A stretch of 64,000 nucleotides of DNA from Syncephalis fuscata S228 (lineage: Eukaryota; Fungi; Zoopagomycota). Numbering within the stretch: the stretch's first letter is position 1; each line of letters opens with the position of its first letter. Below, in pieces: positions 53,688 through 64,000 of the stretch. A program made the translations under genes and the position numbers. Below the pieces are notes generated by a model. It did not search any database and was not told the origin of the DNA. It saw only the letters and a program-made list of their open reading frames with translations. Where the stretch lies: assembly GCA_025786725.1 (NCBI GenBank), contig JAHLTZ010000026.1, positions 248,001-312,000 of the forward strand, read 5' to 3'.

Positions 53688-56600
53688 ATGATGCAGCCTA
53701 ATCATTCAAATAATAACGGTGGTCCACCACCATTGCAGCCACCTCAACAACAGCAGCAGCAGCAGCAACAACAACAACAGCCACCACCACCTAATAATCC
53801 ATATCAACAGCCTTACAGTCAGCCATATGGTGGCCAATCTGGACCTCATGGACAAGGTCCACCACCACCACAACAGCCTATCTATGGACAGCCACCACCA
53901 CCACCACCGCATATGCAACAGCCTTACGGTGGACCTGGTGGACCTCCAGCGCATCCTCATCCGCCACCGCATGCAGGCCCACCTAATAGCGGTCCACGTA
54001 ACTATCCAATGCCACCACCACAGCATCCAGCAGGCCCGCCTGGTCCACCACAAATGCCTCTAAGTAATGGCCAGCCATACCAAAGTCCACCACAAAACCA
54101 TGCTCCACCACAGCAGCCGATACAAGGATTGGCGCAACAGATGGCAGGTATGCATATAGGTCAAGCAGCAACACCACCACCACCGGGACCACCAGGAGTA
54201 GCACCAGTATACAACAATCATAGTCCTATGAATAGTCAGCCAGGACAGCCTATTAGTCCAGTTTCTGCTAGCATACCAGCTACATCGCCGGTAGATGCAG
54301 CAGCACAACAACAAGCTGGTAAACGTCGACCTCAACGTGTATATAACTTTGGCTCCGATGGGCGACCAGCGGCGCCAAATGCACAGCAGCCATCTACAAG
54401 TGGCATACAGCCACCACAACCAGGACAAATGCCCATGGGTATACCGCCTACTGCACCAATGGGTCAGCCACCACAGCCTGGTATGGCAAATCCACAGCGT
54501 TTTCAATCGCAGCCTGGATGGCCAGCTCCTATGGCTGGTATACCAACTGGGCCACCGGGTAGTAATCCAAATGCTGCACGACCACGCATAGATCCAAATC
54601 AAATACCATCGCCAATTAAGGCACAAATTGATGACCAGGTCGCGTATGCAACTACACCATACGGTACAAGTGGTCGCAATGGCAATCCTCCATTGCCCAG
54701 CACGGATTTTGTCGCTATCGATGAAGGCAACTGTAATCCTAAGTTTATGCGAGTTACCGTGGCCAGTATACCGGCCACAGAGGAACTGGCCAATAACTCT
54801 CATTTGCCATTGGCACTAGTTCTGCAGCCATTGGCAAAATTACGTGCTGAAGAGGTAATAGTAACACTAAATTTATTTATTTATTATTAATAGTCAAGTC
54901 TATTTATCTAGGCACCCATTCCTTTGGTTGATTTGGGAGAAGAAGGTCCAATACGCTGTACACGCTGTAAAGGCTATATTAATCCATTCTGTACATTTAC
55001 CGATGGTGGACGTCGTTTTATATGCAGCCTGTGTCAATTTGCCTCGGACGTGCCCAATTCTTATTTCTGTAATCTTGACATGGCCGGTCGTCGTATGGAC
55101 CTGGAAATGCGTCCTGAATTGATGTATGGCACGTGCGAGTATATTCCTACTCAGGTAATTAAGCCAAATATCTATTATTAGTCGCAATATTTACATTTAT
55201 GGCAGGAATACTATAATCGCCCCGCTCAACCAGCCTCATTTCTTTTTGCAATCGATGTGTCGTGGAATGCTGTGCAAAGCGGTATGCTTACCCAATGCGT
55301 GCTTGCCATTAAAGAAGCGCTATATGGCCCGGGTGCATCTAGCTGGTTAACATCGGGTGTACGTGTTGGTATTATGACATTTGATCGCAATGTCAACTTC
55401 TACAATCTATCAGTAAGTGTATAACTTATTAACTTATATTTTGCTAATAAGCAATACTAGGCCGAGTTGGAACAGGCTCAAATGCTTGTTGTGTCAGATA
55501 TCGATGATGTATTCACTCCGATTAAAGATGGTCTACTAGTAGATCCTATAGCATCAAAGATGGTGATTGAATCATTATTGGATACACTGCCAACTATGTT
55601 CCAATCAAACAGGACTGCTGATCCTGTATTGGGCGCAGCACTTCAAGCAGCACACCAAGCAATGCAATCAAATGGCGGTCGCCTTATTGTATTTCAAACA
55701 ATGCTGCCCATTCGAGGACCGGGTACAATTCATAGCCGTGATGAAAACAAGCTAATTAATACCGATAAAGAGTCGCAGCTATTTGCACCACAAGATGCAT
55801 TCTACAAAACCGTAGCTGAACAATTGGTCGATGCTGGTGTCTGTGCCGATCTTTTCCTTTTCCCGAATGCACCAGTCGATCTTGCTACAATTGGTAAGTA
55901 ATGAACTAGTAGTAGCTATGGTACTTGTCTAATACACTAGACATATAGGTGTTATATCGGGTATTACAGGCGGTGACACGCTTTTCTATCCTAATTTCTC
56001 GGCACCCAAAGATGGCCATCGGTTTCAGGAGGATTTGAAGCGTTTGTTGCAGCGTGAATTTGGATTTGAAGGTGTTATGCGCATTCGTTGCTCTGACGGT
56101 AAGTTATTATATACACTATTAATCATTAAACTGATTATATGACTTTTTATTTTATTAAATGATAATAGGCCTACGTGTAGCCGAACACTTTGGTAATTTC
56201 CACATGAGAAATGCTACCGATGTTGAATTGGCTGGTATTGATTCGGAAAAGACCTTTGCCGTACAGCTTGGTCATAATGCAGCCTTGGACGAGAAATTAA
56301 ATGTTGTCTTCCAGTGTGCATTGCTTTATACTCGAGCAGATGGTCAGCGTCGTATTCGTGTTCATAGTATGAGTGTGCCATGTACATCAGTTATGGGCAA
56401 TATGTTCCGCCATGCTGACATGGACACTTGTGTTAACTATCTATTAAAGGCCGGTAAGTAATAGAGATATTAAATTAATAGAACTAATTATATTAATTAA
56501 TTTACGATAACGCTACTATTGTTGAATGTTATTTTATTAGCTATGGCAGAAGCACTTACAGTGCCACTAAAGAATGTACGCGACCAATTGACTGAAAAAT

Positions 56601-57656
56601 GTGTTTCATGTATTGGCCGCCTATCGCAAACACTGTGCTACACCATCGTCACCGGGTCAGGTAATTATTTCGACTCTGATTACAATAATTACAATAATAA
56701 CTAACTAATGGTTTGTTCGTATAGTTAATTCTACCTGAATCATTCAAACTATTTCCATTGATTACAGTAGCCATGCTAAAAACAATGGCCTTACGTACTT
56801 GTCAAGCGTTTACAACTGATGCACGTATTTATACAATGCGTCTACTACGATCCATGTCAGTATCACTTCTGTTGTTTATCTTTATCCAGCAATTTATGTA
56901 CTCCACGATATACGTTCTGAAGTTGGTGTACCAGATGTACACGGACGTGTTCAATTGCCAGATATGATACGCGCCTCCTATGAACGTCTTGAACCGAATG
57001 GCATCTATCTACTAGGTCAGTAGTATAAACATGGCATAAAGAGGACAAGCTTATACAAAAATTAACAATAGAAAACTCTCAAGTTATGGTATTATGGATT
57101 GGTCGACAAGTACCGGCTGATTTATTAAAACAATACTTTGGCGTCGATTCTATTGAAGCCATCGATTCTTCCTCAGTAAGTTAATTAAGATATGATTAAA
57201 TTATAGCTAACACACACACACATATATATATATATTATCATTTATAGGCAACTCTACCCCAAGTTGACTCGCCACTTTCACACAAGCTACACGCCATTGC
57301 CACCTATTTACAATCACGCCGTGCACGTCATCTTGCACTACGTATCGTACGGCAACAACTTGATCAAACGGAAGCTGAGTTTGCCTCGTTACTTGTAGAG
57401 GATAAGAATAATGACAATATGTCCTATGTCGACTACCTCTGCTATGTTCATCGTCAAATTCAGACCGAGGTGAGCGGTACCTAATGTGTGTATTCCTCTT
57501 GTTTCTTTTCCATCTCTTCTTCGTTCCTTCTACTACAACATGCGCACACCTTACCATCCATTGGCTGACCATACCAATTGCGGTATTGATTAGGCTAAAC
57601 CACAAGCGGATGTAGCTCCCTCAACACATATCACACCTCGGTGGCATTATTATTAA
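53688..57656 (+). CDS. SEC24: COPII cargo adaptor Sec24, SEC24C/D-Sfb3 subfamily
   Basis: Pro/Gln-rich N-terminus, RIDPNQIPSP, DEGNCNPKFMR, PIRCTRCKGYINPF zinc finger, FAIDVSWNA, MRIRCSDGL, FQCALLYT.ADGQRRIRVH, LVEDKNN..MSYVDYLC.VHRQI. Two apparent 1-nt indels (~56607, ~56870). Confidence 0.93.
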
Positions 57657-57828
57657 TCTGTGGGTCAATTAGGAATGAAAGAAATATTAATAAAAATAAA
57701 TTGAATTGGCTTTTAACACTGCATTTATTCGTATGGTTGGTTAATGACACGACATAAGTGAGAGAGATATATATATGCTTGCATCTATAAATATCGATAG
57801 ATCCAATGACATAATTGTTCAAATGGTT

Positions 57829-60502
57829 CTAGGCCACTTTCAGCTTTTTGCCAACAAATCGTCGACCAAGGAAAGTGACACCAATGGCGACAAGTGTGCA
57901 TATAATGCCAACGACCAATTCGACAATCTGTGAGGTGTTTGATGTTCTTTTGAAAATACGAAGACTTGTAGGATCCCAACTATTAAATACAGCGATTAGT
58001 ATTATGTATTGAAGAATAGAACAAATAAAAAAGCTACTACGAATGATACCTACCTACTCTCAACCCAAGTGGGCTTTGAAGCATCGACTACTTTAAATTT
58101 GCCAACATGGCTGTCGAATCAAGGCCGGTACCATAAGCCTCGTGAAGATTTGTATAGCTTGTGACACATTGATTATGTATGCATAGTTGCGTATCCTAGT
58201 AAAGTATTCACCAAGTTTCAGTTATTAGACCAAACACTGCTTTTTAGAGTGCTATTCCTTTTATTTACCTTACAATCCTTACTAGCTTTACAGTCGCCGC
58301 CTCGCAGGGTGGACGTCAAGTTAGCCATATAAAGGCGTAAGAACTGGGTAGTAAGATCGGCTTTGCCCATTGTAGCACGGTATGGCGATTAATAGCAAAG
58401 ACCGGCGCGGTGACTAATCAATATTATTGTCATACTAATGAGTAAGCACCTATTATAGTCGATACTGTTAACTTACATTGGAAAAAGTCTGAATAAGCGG
58501 CAAGAGAATTGTTTATGAAACAATCAAATAGACTATTTATCTAATAATAATAGCAATAATATTAATATTATATATTATATATATATCATATAATGCAACT
58601 ACTTACCAAATCACAGTTGATTGATAGTTCTTTGGGCACAGCAATATTATTATTACCGTTTGCCAGTTGATATAAGCCGTTGGCAGTGACACGAGCAATA
58701 TCACAAACCGAACGACCTACGTTTTCATTAAAGCTGTTATCAAAATCACTATTATAGAAGCTATTAAGAAATACATTAATTAATAAAGACCGAGTGAAGC
58801 TTATTAGTAAACTTAAGACTTACGGACTAAATTCAGTATCAAAATCAGAAATTACGATAGCTGGTATTTTGCGCGATTGAAGAAATGATTGGGCACTTGT
58901 AGGCGGTAGTCGACCATTGGGATTAGTGTCTTAACAACTGTAGGTGGCTGCTGTGCTGTCGTAAATAGTTTAACCAGATCTGCATTACCGCTTGACTGGT
59001 CATCAGTATGTACGAAAAATCGGCTTTTCTCCTTTGTATTACTATGACCGATTTGATTTAGTTCTACTACGGCTTGAATACGATCAATAGAAATCTCTGT
59101 AAAGGCGGTGCTTTGTCGGCAAGGACTGGCACAATCTGCTTTAATAAGAGGACAATGGCCAACATCGCTTAAAGATGTGGAAGAGCACTCGAACTTGGTG
59201 CTAATATCCTTTACAAATCGTTGCGATCCAGCAAAGCCCCAACTTTCTCCGTTAAATAAAGTAAATAAAATATTATTGGTAAAGGTTGCATTAGGTAACT
59301 AAATATTAACAAGAGTTAATTATGGTCACTTTTCTATTCTATTTCATTAAACACTGCTACTTACTCGACTGAAGGCTTCTGCAACAGCTAATACTCCGAC
59401 TAAGCCAGACAAATTGTTTTCAATATCGTCACCGCTTAGTTCGTTGAAAAACGACCGCCCATTTGTGGCGGCTGCCAATACTACCGTGTTTTCTTAGCAA
59501 ACTCATCTCGAGCTGTAAAAGACGAGTAGACAGAGTAGCCACCAATAGGTGAACACCAATCACGGCTCAAGCATTTTTCAGCAGCACCAGCCGACCACAT
59601 AAACGAACTTAATTCGACCGCGTACAGTGGATAGTATTTGTACTCGCCGTCTAAATTATGTCTAATGGCCTACAAATGTCATTACCAAAATCAGTATTTG
59701 TTCTATATTATCGTCTATGCTATTTTACCTTATTTAATTCTTTTATGGTATCTTTCTTCGATGGAGGAATAACAAATATGGGAAAGTTGTAACTTTCTCT
59801 ATATAATGACGTGCCCTAATAATAAATCAATTATTATGATATAAACTAGTTGTTCAATCGGTATTACCGCTGGATTCCAGTTTGGTAGTGGATTTGTACC
59901 GTTTAAAATAGAATACTCGCAGTTGGGACAAGTGTCATCTGCTGAGAAACTGGACGGCAGTTTACCGTCACTGATTACAAGTATGGAGGCCAATTTACCA
60001 CTATTCTTCAGTTTATTTATATTATCTCTAGTCATCCATTGTATTAGAAAATACTGAATGGTGACAATTAATTAATTTACACTCACTTTGTCATCAAAAT
60101 CATTGACATTACAATTGTAAATTTGTCATCGGGCGCATCAGTTTGAAATTGATCCAATTGTTCTTGGCTATTTATGCCATAGAGAACACCAGTATCACCA
60201 TAGCGTGATGCTATATTATTATTATTATTATTACTGTTATTAGTTTATATTTATATCCATGCTAGCTATTCTCTTACAAGTGCATCCAATGCTACCCTGA
60301 GCTGTAAGTAGACGAGAGCAAGGTTGACTATCCAGTGATGTGTAGATAATGCTGTCGAGAGTGCTCACTTCGCTACGTACTACAATAGTGTAAGCGAGAT
60401 GACACAATACTACAAGCTAAACATTAACTACTTACCGACTGCTAGCGGCAATCCTAGTAATAGCGACCACTTTATTATATGGCGCCAACCTAAGCCAAGC
60501 AT
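57829..60502 (-). CDS. NCSTN: Nicastrin (gamma-secretase subunit), multi-exon
   Basis: Signal peptide; PCSRLLTAQGSIGC; FSADDTCPNCEYS..NWNPAG; CSPIGGYSV; LFNGESWGFAGSQRFV; LPPTSAQSFL; TWVES.W; single C-terminal TM. Some apparent indels. Confidence 0.85.
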
Positions 60503-60829
60503 TTTGTTATATACTATTATTCTGTCGTTGCCACTGTTATTGTTAATGTTGTTGTTGTTGTTATTACTACTACAAGTATATTAAACGAATAATTCACACC
60601 TAGATGAACAAATATATAACCAAGAATAGGTTCAAAAACAACAAAGTGTGTGTGTGTGTGTTGTAATGACGAGTGGATAGTGGTGTGGCAAGAAAGAAAG
60701 TCAAATAGGCGGAGAAGGAAAGAAGCAAGTGGCTGTCGTGCATGATGGCATGTGGCAGCAACCAGTATCATATACACTCAGACAAGGGACATGCAATTTA
60801 TTGGTTATGGTACTAACAATGGCATTGAA

Positions 60830-61624
60830 TTAATTATTCGTCGATGTTTTTTGCACTTGTCGTTTTAGCGGTAGATTTGGCAAGGATGCCCTGTAGCATT
60901 GTATGGGTCGTGTTAGGATCTGTACAATATTCTGCGCAACTGATGTCACATCACGCAACTGCTGTATCATATGGGTTAATACGGCTGTTCGTTTCTTAAC
61001 AAGTTCACCGCGCGATTGGCGTTGTTCGTTGCCACCAGGTCGTGTCTCGACTGAGAGCGTAACTCGATAGCCTTTGCTAAGCATTTGGCGGGCCTTCTTC
61101 AGCTTGTGCTCCATGTCGTGCGGTTGCACATTATCGCCAACAATCAATTGTTTTGAGACCCGTGTTGAAGCGAGTGCCCGTTTCCGCTCCTTCATCAAAC
61201 GCTGCTTTTCGTATCGCTCTTTCTTTGAATAGATACGGCACACAGGTGGATTGGCTGTTGAATCAACCTCCAAGATAAAGTACTGTTCGCGATCAAGCGT
61301 ATGTAGCACGTCGCGCGTCTTCCAAGGCCCCCCTGGTTTTAGTTCACCATTCTCTTCAACTACTTCAATAAATGGCGCGGTAATCTCTTCGTCACGCGGT
61401 GGTCGCTCCGGTGCCGGCGCTGTTGGTGCTGTTTTTTTGGCTGTCGTCATTGTATTGGTAACAGTGGTGCGTGCAATAAAGCTTAGCGATAAATTGCCAC
61501 GTTGTAAAAATTGCGCGTTATTACAACGCTGTAAACAGCATTGTTTGCGGAATCCAGGCAAGCTACGTACGATTACACCAGCCTGTAGCTGTTTTGCAGC
61601 TGCTCTCCATAATATTGACGCCAT
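60830..61624 (-). CDS. Mitochondrial translation initiation factor IF3 (Aim23-like)
   Basis: Arg-rich presequence; PRDEEI..FIEVV..G; LDR..Y..EV...PPVCRI; KQL...VQPHDMEHKLKKARQMLSKGYRVTL. Confidence 0.82.
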   Translation of the reverse strand: MASILWRAAAKQLQAGVIVRSLPGFRKQCCLQRCNNAQFLQRGNLSLSFIARTTVTNTMTTAKKTAPTAPAPERPPRDEEITAPFIEVVEENGELKPGGPWKTRDVLHTLDREQYFILEVDSTANPPVCRIYSKKERYEKQRLMKERKRALASTRVSKQLIVGDNVQPHDMEHKLKKARQMLSKGYRVTLSVETRPGGNEQRQSRGELVKKRTAVLTHMIQQLRDVTSVAQNIVQILTRPIQCYRASLPNLPLKRQVQKTSTNN

Positions 61625-62559
61625 GATTAGCGGTAACAAATAATACGATTAAGAATGAATAGATAATAAGGAAAAAATACACCTGTTTAAAAATTATATT
61701 GTATAATAATAAGTGTATCCAAGTTTAGTAATTTATTAGCTTTTTAATAAACAGTTTAATATTTACATTAATTACTGCAGAAACGTATTTATTGTCACTA
61801 ACGTCGAATAGCTTATTTGCTTATTATTTCTCTCCTTTTATCAGCTATAATAAACGACGTTTATTGCTCGTATTTATTTATAAAAAATCCAATATTATAT
61901 GCTTGGTAAAAGATAAAGCTTCAAATACTAATAATATACAATTATTCTTGTAACTTTTTTATAGCTTCATATACTATGCAATTGTTTTATTTGTTACTTT
62001 ATTCAAATATTGTATTAGTACTAATCTAAAACACACTTATACAAGGCTATTATATGTTTTTAATATAATTAAAACTAACAAGCAAATGTTTATTTGTAAT
62101 TGTTTCGATCATATAACCCAACAGTGCTCTAATATTAGTTACCTGTTATGCAGAAAACGTAAAAAATTTAATAAAATGTAACCATGTTCAATGACTTAAA
62201 AAAATGCCGCTTGCTTTAGATGTACAATAGTTGAGCATACTGTAAAAGCTGTCTAAATATTAGTCAGTCATGTACTACTATGATAATAAAGTGTTAATAC
62301 CAATGATCGGAGTGAAGAAAGTGAATAGCAAAAAAGAGTAATGCAAGAGAGTAATGCAAATAGTGTTATACTTGACTAGTAGTCAGTCAACTACTGGTAC
62401 TATCTAAATAGCATATATGAAGTGCACAAGTATATGTAGTGAATATATGCTATCAAGTGTAAAGAAAGAGAAAGAAAATGTGATGACGTAGATTGTGAGA
62501 TGTGGGCCTGTCAGTCAATATTTATAAACAGCGAGTTTGACTTATTAATAAATGGTGTA

Positions 62560-62811
62560 AATAATAAAAGTCAATCTACCCAACATGTGTACATCATAGA
62601 ACAGATTATAGTAAAGGAATAAATGCATCAAGAATAAAAGTCATTTGACACCAAAACTACTCATTATTATAGAACATATATTCAGTATAATGGCGAATGT
62701 ATTAAAAGAATAAAAATCATTTACACCCAAAAAACACTCATCATCATAGAACATGTTGTCAGTATAATAGCGAATGTATTAAAAGAATAAAAGCCATTTG
62801 ACACCAAAACC
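62560..62811 (+). repeat. Tandem repeat, ~76-77 bp unit, ~3.3 degenerate copies
   Basis: aagaataaaaNNcattt recurs at ~62630, ~62706 and ~62783 with cagtataatNgcgaatgtattaa. Resembles part of the 35 kb / 46 kb repeat. Confidence 0.8.
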
Positions 62812-62959
62812 ATTAAAATAAAACGATGATTTATATACTAAATAAAATATTTACAATATTTATTGGTAACATACAGGTAATGAATAGATGATGTAAAGCA
62901 ACTAAGTATATTAGATAGTTAGCATTATGATTTGATTGATTGTTAATAAGTTCTTACCT

Positions 62960-64000
62960 TTAACTAATATGCACCTTTATTGAGGCGGCATTTTCGGAGA
63001 GAATTGACCGTTTGGCAGCACCTTGTGATTTGTATTTTGAGTAGCATCGGCGTTTTAGGCGGCGTCGCTGTAAAAGCTTAGGCGCTAGCCGCTGCTTCTT
63101 TGTTGTTGGCCCAGATGCTGCTTGTGTTGGTGGTGATGGTGTTGTTATTGGTGGTGGTGATGGCATTGGTGTTGTTATTGGCGTCGTTGGTGGTGGTGGT
63201 GGTGTTGTTGATGCTTCTGGCTCTTCTTCATTTAAAGAAACAACATTAAGTGGTGCAGCCGCATCCACTTGTTCTTCCTCCTCATCAAACCAGTGACAAG
63301 CCAGCGCGTCTTTTGCTGTACAACGCGTGCTACCATCAATGGTCAGTAGCCGCGTTATTAAATCAATAGCTACGCAATGTTAGTTATTGCTAATAAATAA
63401 ATATTTAACTTACCTTTATCGCTAGAATGATTTCCTTGTTTAAAACCAAACGGTGTATTTAATACATCTTTCAAGTACCCAAAAACACCATGCCAATTAT
63501 CATAAGGATAATGGCCTAATTGCAGCATAAAATAGTTAGTATGGTAGTTTGTTTTTGTTTGCATTTACCTGTTAACAACTCATAGAACATTACACCTAGG
63601 CTCCACATGTCAATGGGCGTGACATACCCACTGACAGTTGACGAGTTTAGCTGGTTGTGAAACTCATGATCCTCATTGCCTAGTGCAATTGACAATAGAT
63701 TTTGTCGCATAGTCGATGCCAACACCACTTCGGGTGCTATATATGGCACCGTGCCACCACAAACATACGACATGGAAGGCTGTATAAACCGAGCCAATCC
63801 AAAGTCCGTATATACGACTTTAGGGCGCTCAGAGTCCGCAACCAATAAAATGTTATGAGGCTATTTAATCGTTATTAATGACGCGTAATATTAAATAAAT
63901 AAATTACCTTGATGTCTAATTATGTGATAATAATAGCAATCATTAACAATTGTATTGCAGATAAATGAATGTACTTACCACCATGCGCAATATTCAGACT
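62960..64000 (-). CDS. Ser/Thr protein kinase (CAMK-group, CHK2/Mek1-like), 5' part beyond the window
   Basis: IAHG|..|DFGLAR, CGGTVPYIAPEV, PIDMWSLGVMFYELLTG, LITRLL..RCTAKDALACHWF; Pro/Thr-rich and basic tail. Confidence 0.8.

Noticed and set aside
53706-54803. Long antisense ORFs (W/L-rich) over SEC24, plus similar shadows over the zinc finger, antizyme, U1-C and IF3 genes
   Set aside because: Shadow frames of CCA/CAA-rich or GC-rich coding sequence.
62560-62811. CRISPR-like array
   Set aside because: Eukaryotic context; whole units repeat, with no unique spacers and no cas genes.

Overview
Eukaryotic, AT-rich (intergenic) and intron-rich DNA with about 30 protein-coding genes and short (~45-80 nt) GT-AG introns. 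Gene content (ERH, nicastrin, human-type DPM1, a U12 intron, GLI/ZIC-type zinc finger, fungal Bsd2/Vip1/Atg38-like genes) points to an early-diverging, non-Dikarya fungus (inference). Left to right: GLI/ZIC-like TF with ~6 kb gene-free upstream region; two tandem PAF-acetylhydrolase paralogues; a dense housekeeping block (RRM/Vip1-like, TMA22, ATG38-like, HVA22/REEP, ESF1, ERH, DPM1, PCM1, ATP15, OST2, TRM61, BSD2); CCCH protein; small secreted-protein island; DUF202; CENP-O; an inverted duplication of GPI8 enclosing SAP30BP-like and a palindromic repeat; U1-C; ornithine decarboxylase antizyme; SEC24C/SFB3; nicastrin; mitochondrial IF3; partial kinase. The most notable locus is antizyme: a +1 programmed frameshift at GUU-UGA-C, a structured 5'UTR intron that holds all upstream AUGs, and a possible non-AUG presequence-like extension. 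Other highlights: a minor-spliceosome intron in ESF1, a GC-AG intron in ATG38-like, a possible poison 5' splice site in U1-C, and patchy divergence between the GPI8 copies. Several essential genes carry single-base indels that are probably consensus errors. All gene models were spliced by eye, and homology calls rest on motif recognition, not database searches.
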